This document shows positions 62,771 to 64,000 of a stretch of DNA of 64,000 nt, piece after piece. The stretch is taken from positions 434,001 to 498,000 of the forward strand of contig CAUYUJ010000237.1 in NCBI GenBank assembly GCA_963575745.1. The letters run 5' to 3'. This DNA is from Prorocentrum cordatum. Taxonomy: Eukaryota. Every line of letters begins with the position of its first letter. Within the stretch, counting starts at the first letter, position 1. The position numbers were made by a program, and so were the translations under genes. Below the pieces are notes generated by a model, which worked only from the letters and a program-made list of their open reading frames with translations, searched no databases and was not told the origin of the DNA.

Positions 62771-63071
62771 CCCCGATGGAGAGGGGTCCCGAGGCTTTCA
62801 GCCGTTTCCGGGCTCCATGGGTCCCTCCCGTGCCTCAAGGGCCGTCGAAGAGACGGCTCGGGATGAGGGATGAGGGACTGCAGCCAAGTGAAAGCCCCGG
62901 GCTCCCGAGTGGGAGGAGGAGGCGGATCGATCGATCGATCGAGCTCTCGGGCCGTTCGGTGCTACTCTGCCTCGACTAGAGCATGAGAGCTGTCTCAAAT
63001 CTAGTGCGGCCTGCCAGTGGTCACTTTGTCGAAAGGGGGTCTCTGACGCCAGTTGTCGTGCGGGCTCGACG

Positions 63072-63140
63072 GGAGGAGGAGGAGGAGGAGGAGGAGGAGG
63101 AGGAGGAGGAGGAGGAGGAGGAGGAGGAGGAGGAGGAGGA
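63072..63140. repeat. (GAG)n microsatellite
   Basis: Read directly from the sequence. Confidence 0.95.
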
Positions 63141-63639
63141 TTCTGACGTTTTAGATTTTCGGGGAGCCTCCTAGGGCCTAGGGGCGTCCGCGGTAAGGTT
63201 TGGACGCGCCTCTAAGCATTGGTCAGGATGTGGTGTCCAGGAGGGGACAGCTGACTCCTTCGGAGCGAGAGCGCATGGGCCGACCCTGAGACCTCAGAGC
63301 GCCACGAAAGCATAGAGCGCCGGACGTTTTCTTACAGTCCAGGCATCCAGGGGCTCTTCTCGGGCCCAGGAGCCTTCAGGAAGCCATCCGCGACGAAAGA
63401 CTCACTTCAGTGAGGCTACGTTTACATCCTTGCTTGGTCGGCCCATTCTCGGCCATTTCTTCAGCATAGGCGCGGCTGCAATTGTTTCAACATCGGTTCT
63501 CTCTGGCATACCATCCTTACTTTGTATCTTGTCCTTGCTGCAATCGTTGCCTGACTCACCACCCCACCCCTGAGCTCAGAAGTGGTAGATCGATCTCTGG
63601 GTCTCGTGGGTGGGTCTCATGTGTCTGTGGCGCCTCCCG

Positions 63640-63840
63640 GTGATCGCATGGAGGCTCCAGAGGTTTTAGATTTGGCTGTCGCTGGTTTCAGGGCAGCTTC
63701 AGATGGTTCCGAAGTGTCATTGGATGGACTTGAGGTGTCTGCTGCTTTTGGGGCACCTTCCACTGGTCTGGGGGCGGCTTCCGATGGTCTCGAGGTGGCC
63801 TCTGATGGTTCCGAGGCGGCGCCCGATGGTTCCGACGTGG
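63640..63840. repeat. Degenerate 21-bp minisatellite (gatggttccgaggtggcctct-like)
   Basis: 'gatggt(t/c)..ga' recurs at about 21-bp spacing. Confidence 0.7.
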
Positions 63841-64000
63841 TTTTCAATGGTTTAAGGAGGGGGGGGGTCTGGAGGGTTTTCTTCCCTCGACTTCTCTTCC
63901 TCTTCCTCCTCTCTCTCGTCCCTTCCTTCCGATTGCTCTTGACTCCTCCCTCGTGCCTGCTATTCCCTCTTCCAGCCAATACAAACTCCTCGTACTCCTC

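Noticed and set aside
63406..63569. Minus-strand exon candidate
   Set aside because: There is a competing internal donor, the acceptor overlaps a motif also seen near 1507, and the peptide is unrecognisable.

Overview
GC-rich eukaryotic genomic DNA, almost certainly dinoflagellate: the 22-nt dinoflagellate spliced leader (DinoSL, DCCGTAGCCATTTTGGCTCAAG) is embedded twice. No complete host gene, rRNA, tRNA or CRISPR array is visible. The window is a stack of nested retroelements and satellites. (1) A decayed DIRS-like tyrosine-recombinase retrotransposon with a C5 DNA-methyltransferase-like domain spans about 4.76-33.2 kb. It is split in its RNase H by a full-length LINE (13862-21001) and in its recombinase by a 7.75-kb unidentified block (24226-31980). 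(2) A decayed RTE-like APE-RT LINE (about 38.5-53.6 kb) is split by a second, nearly intact LINE of the same family as the first (40733-47880). (3) A truncated retroelement ORF1-like fragment lies at 56.1-57.9 kb, followed by long micro- and minisatellites. The main discovery candidate is that both APE-RT-RNase H LINE copies start exactly with a spliced leader (plus an SL relic), end in a short poly(A), and are bounded by 15-bp target-site duplications. This points to a LINE family whose 5' end is made and regenerated by host SL trans-splicing. Other signals are a C-terminal LDADSGSSD peptide conserved through all-synonymous changes, and an apparent A:T>G:C bias in the decay of catalytic motifs. 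All domain calls were made by eye from motifs; no database searches were run.
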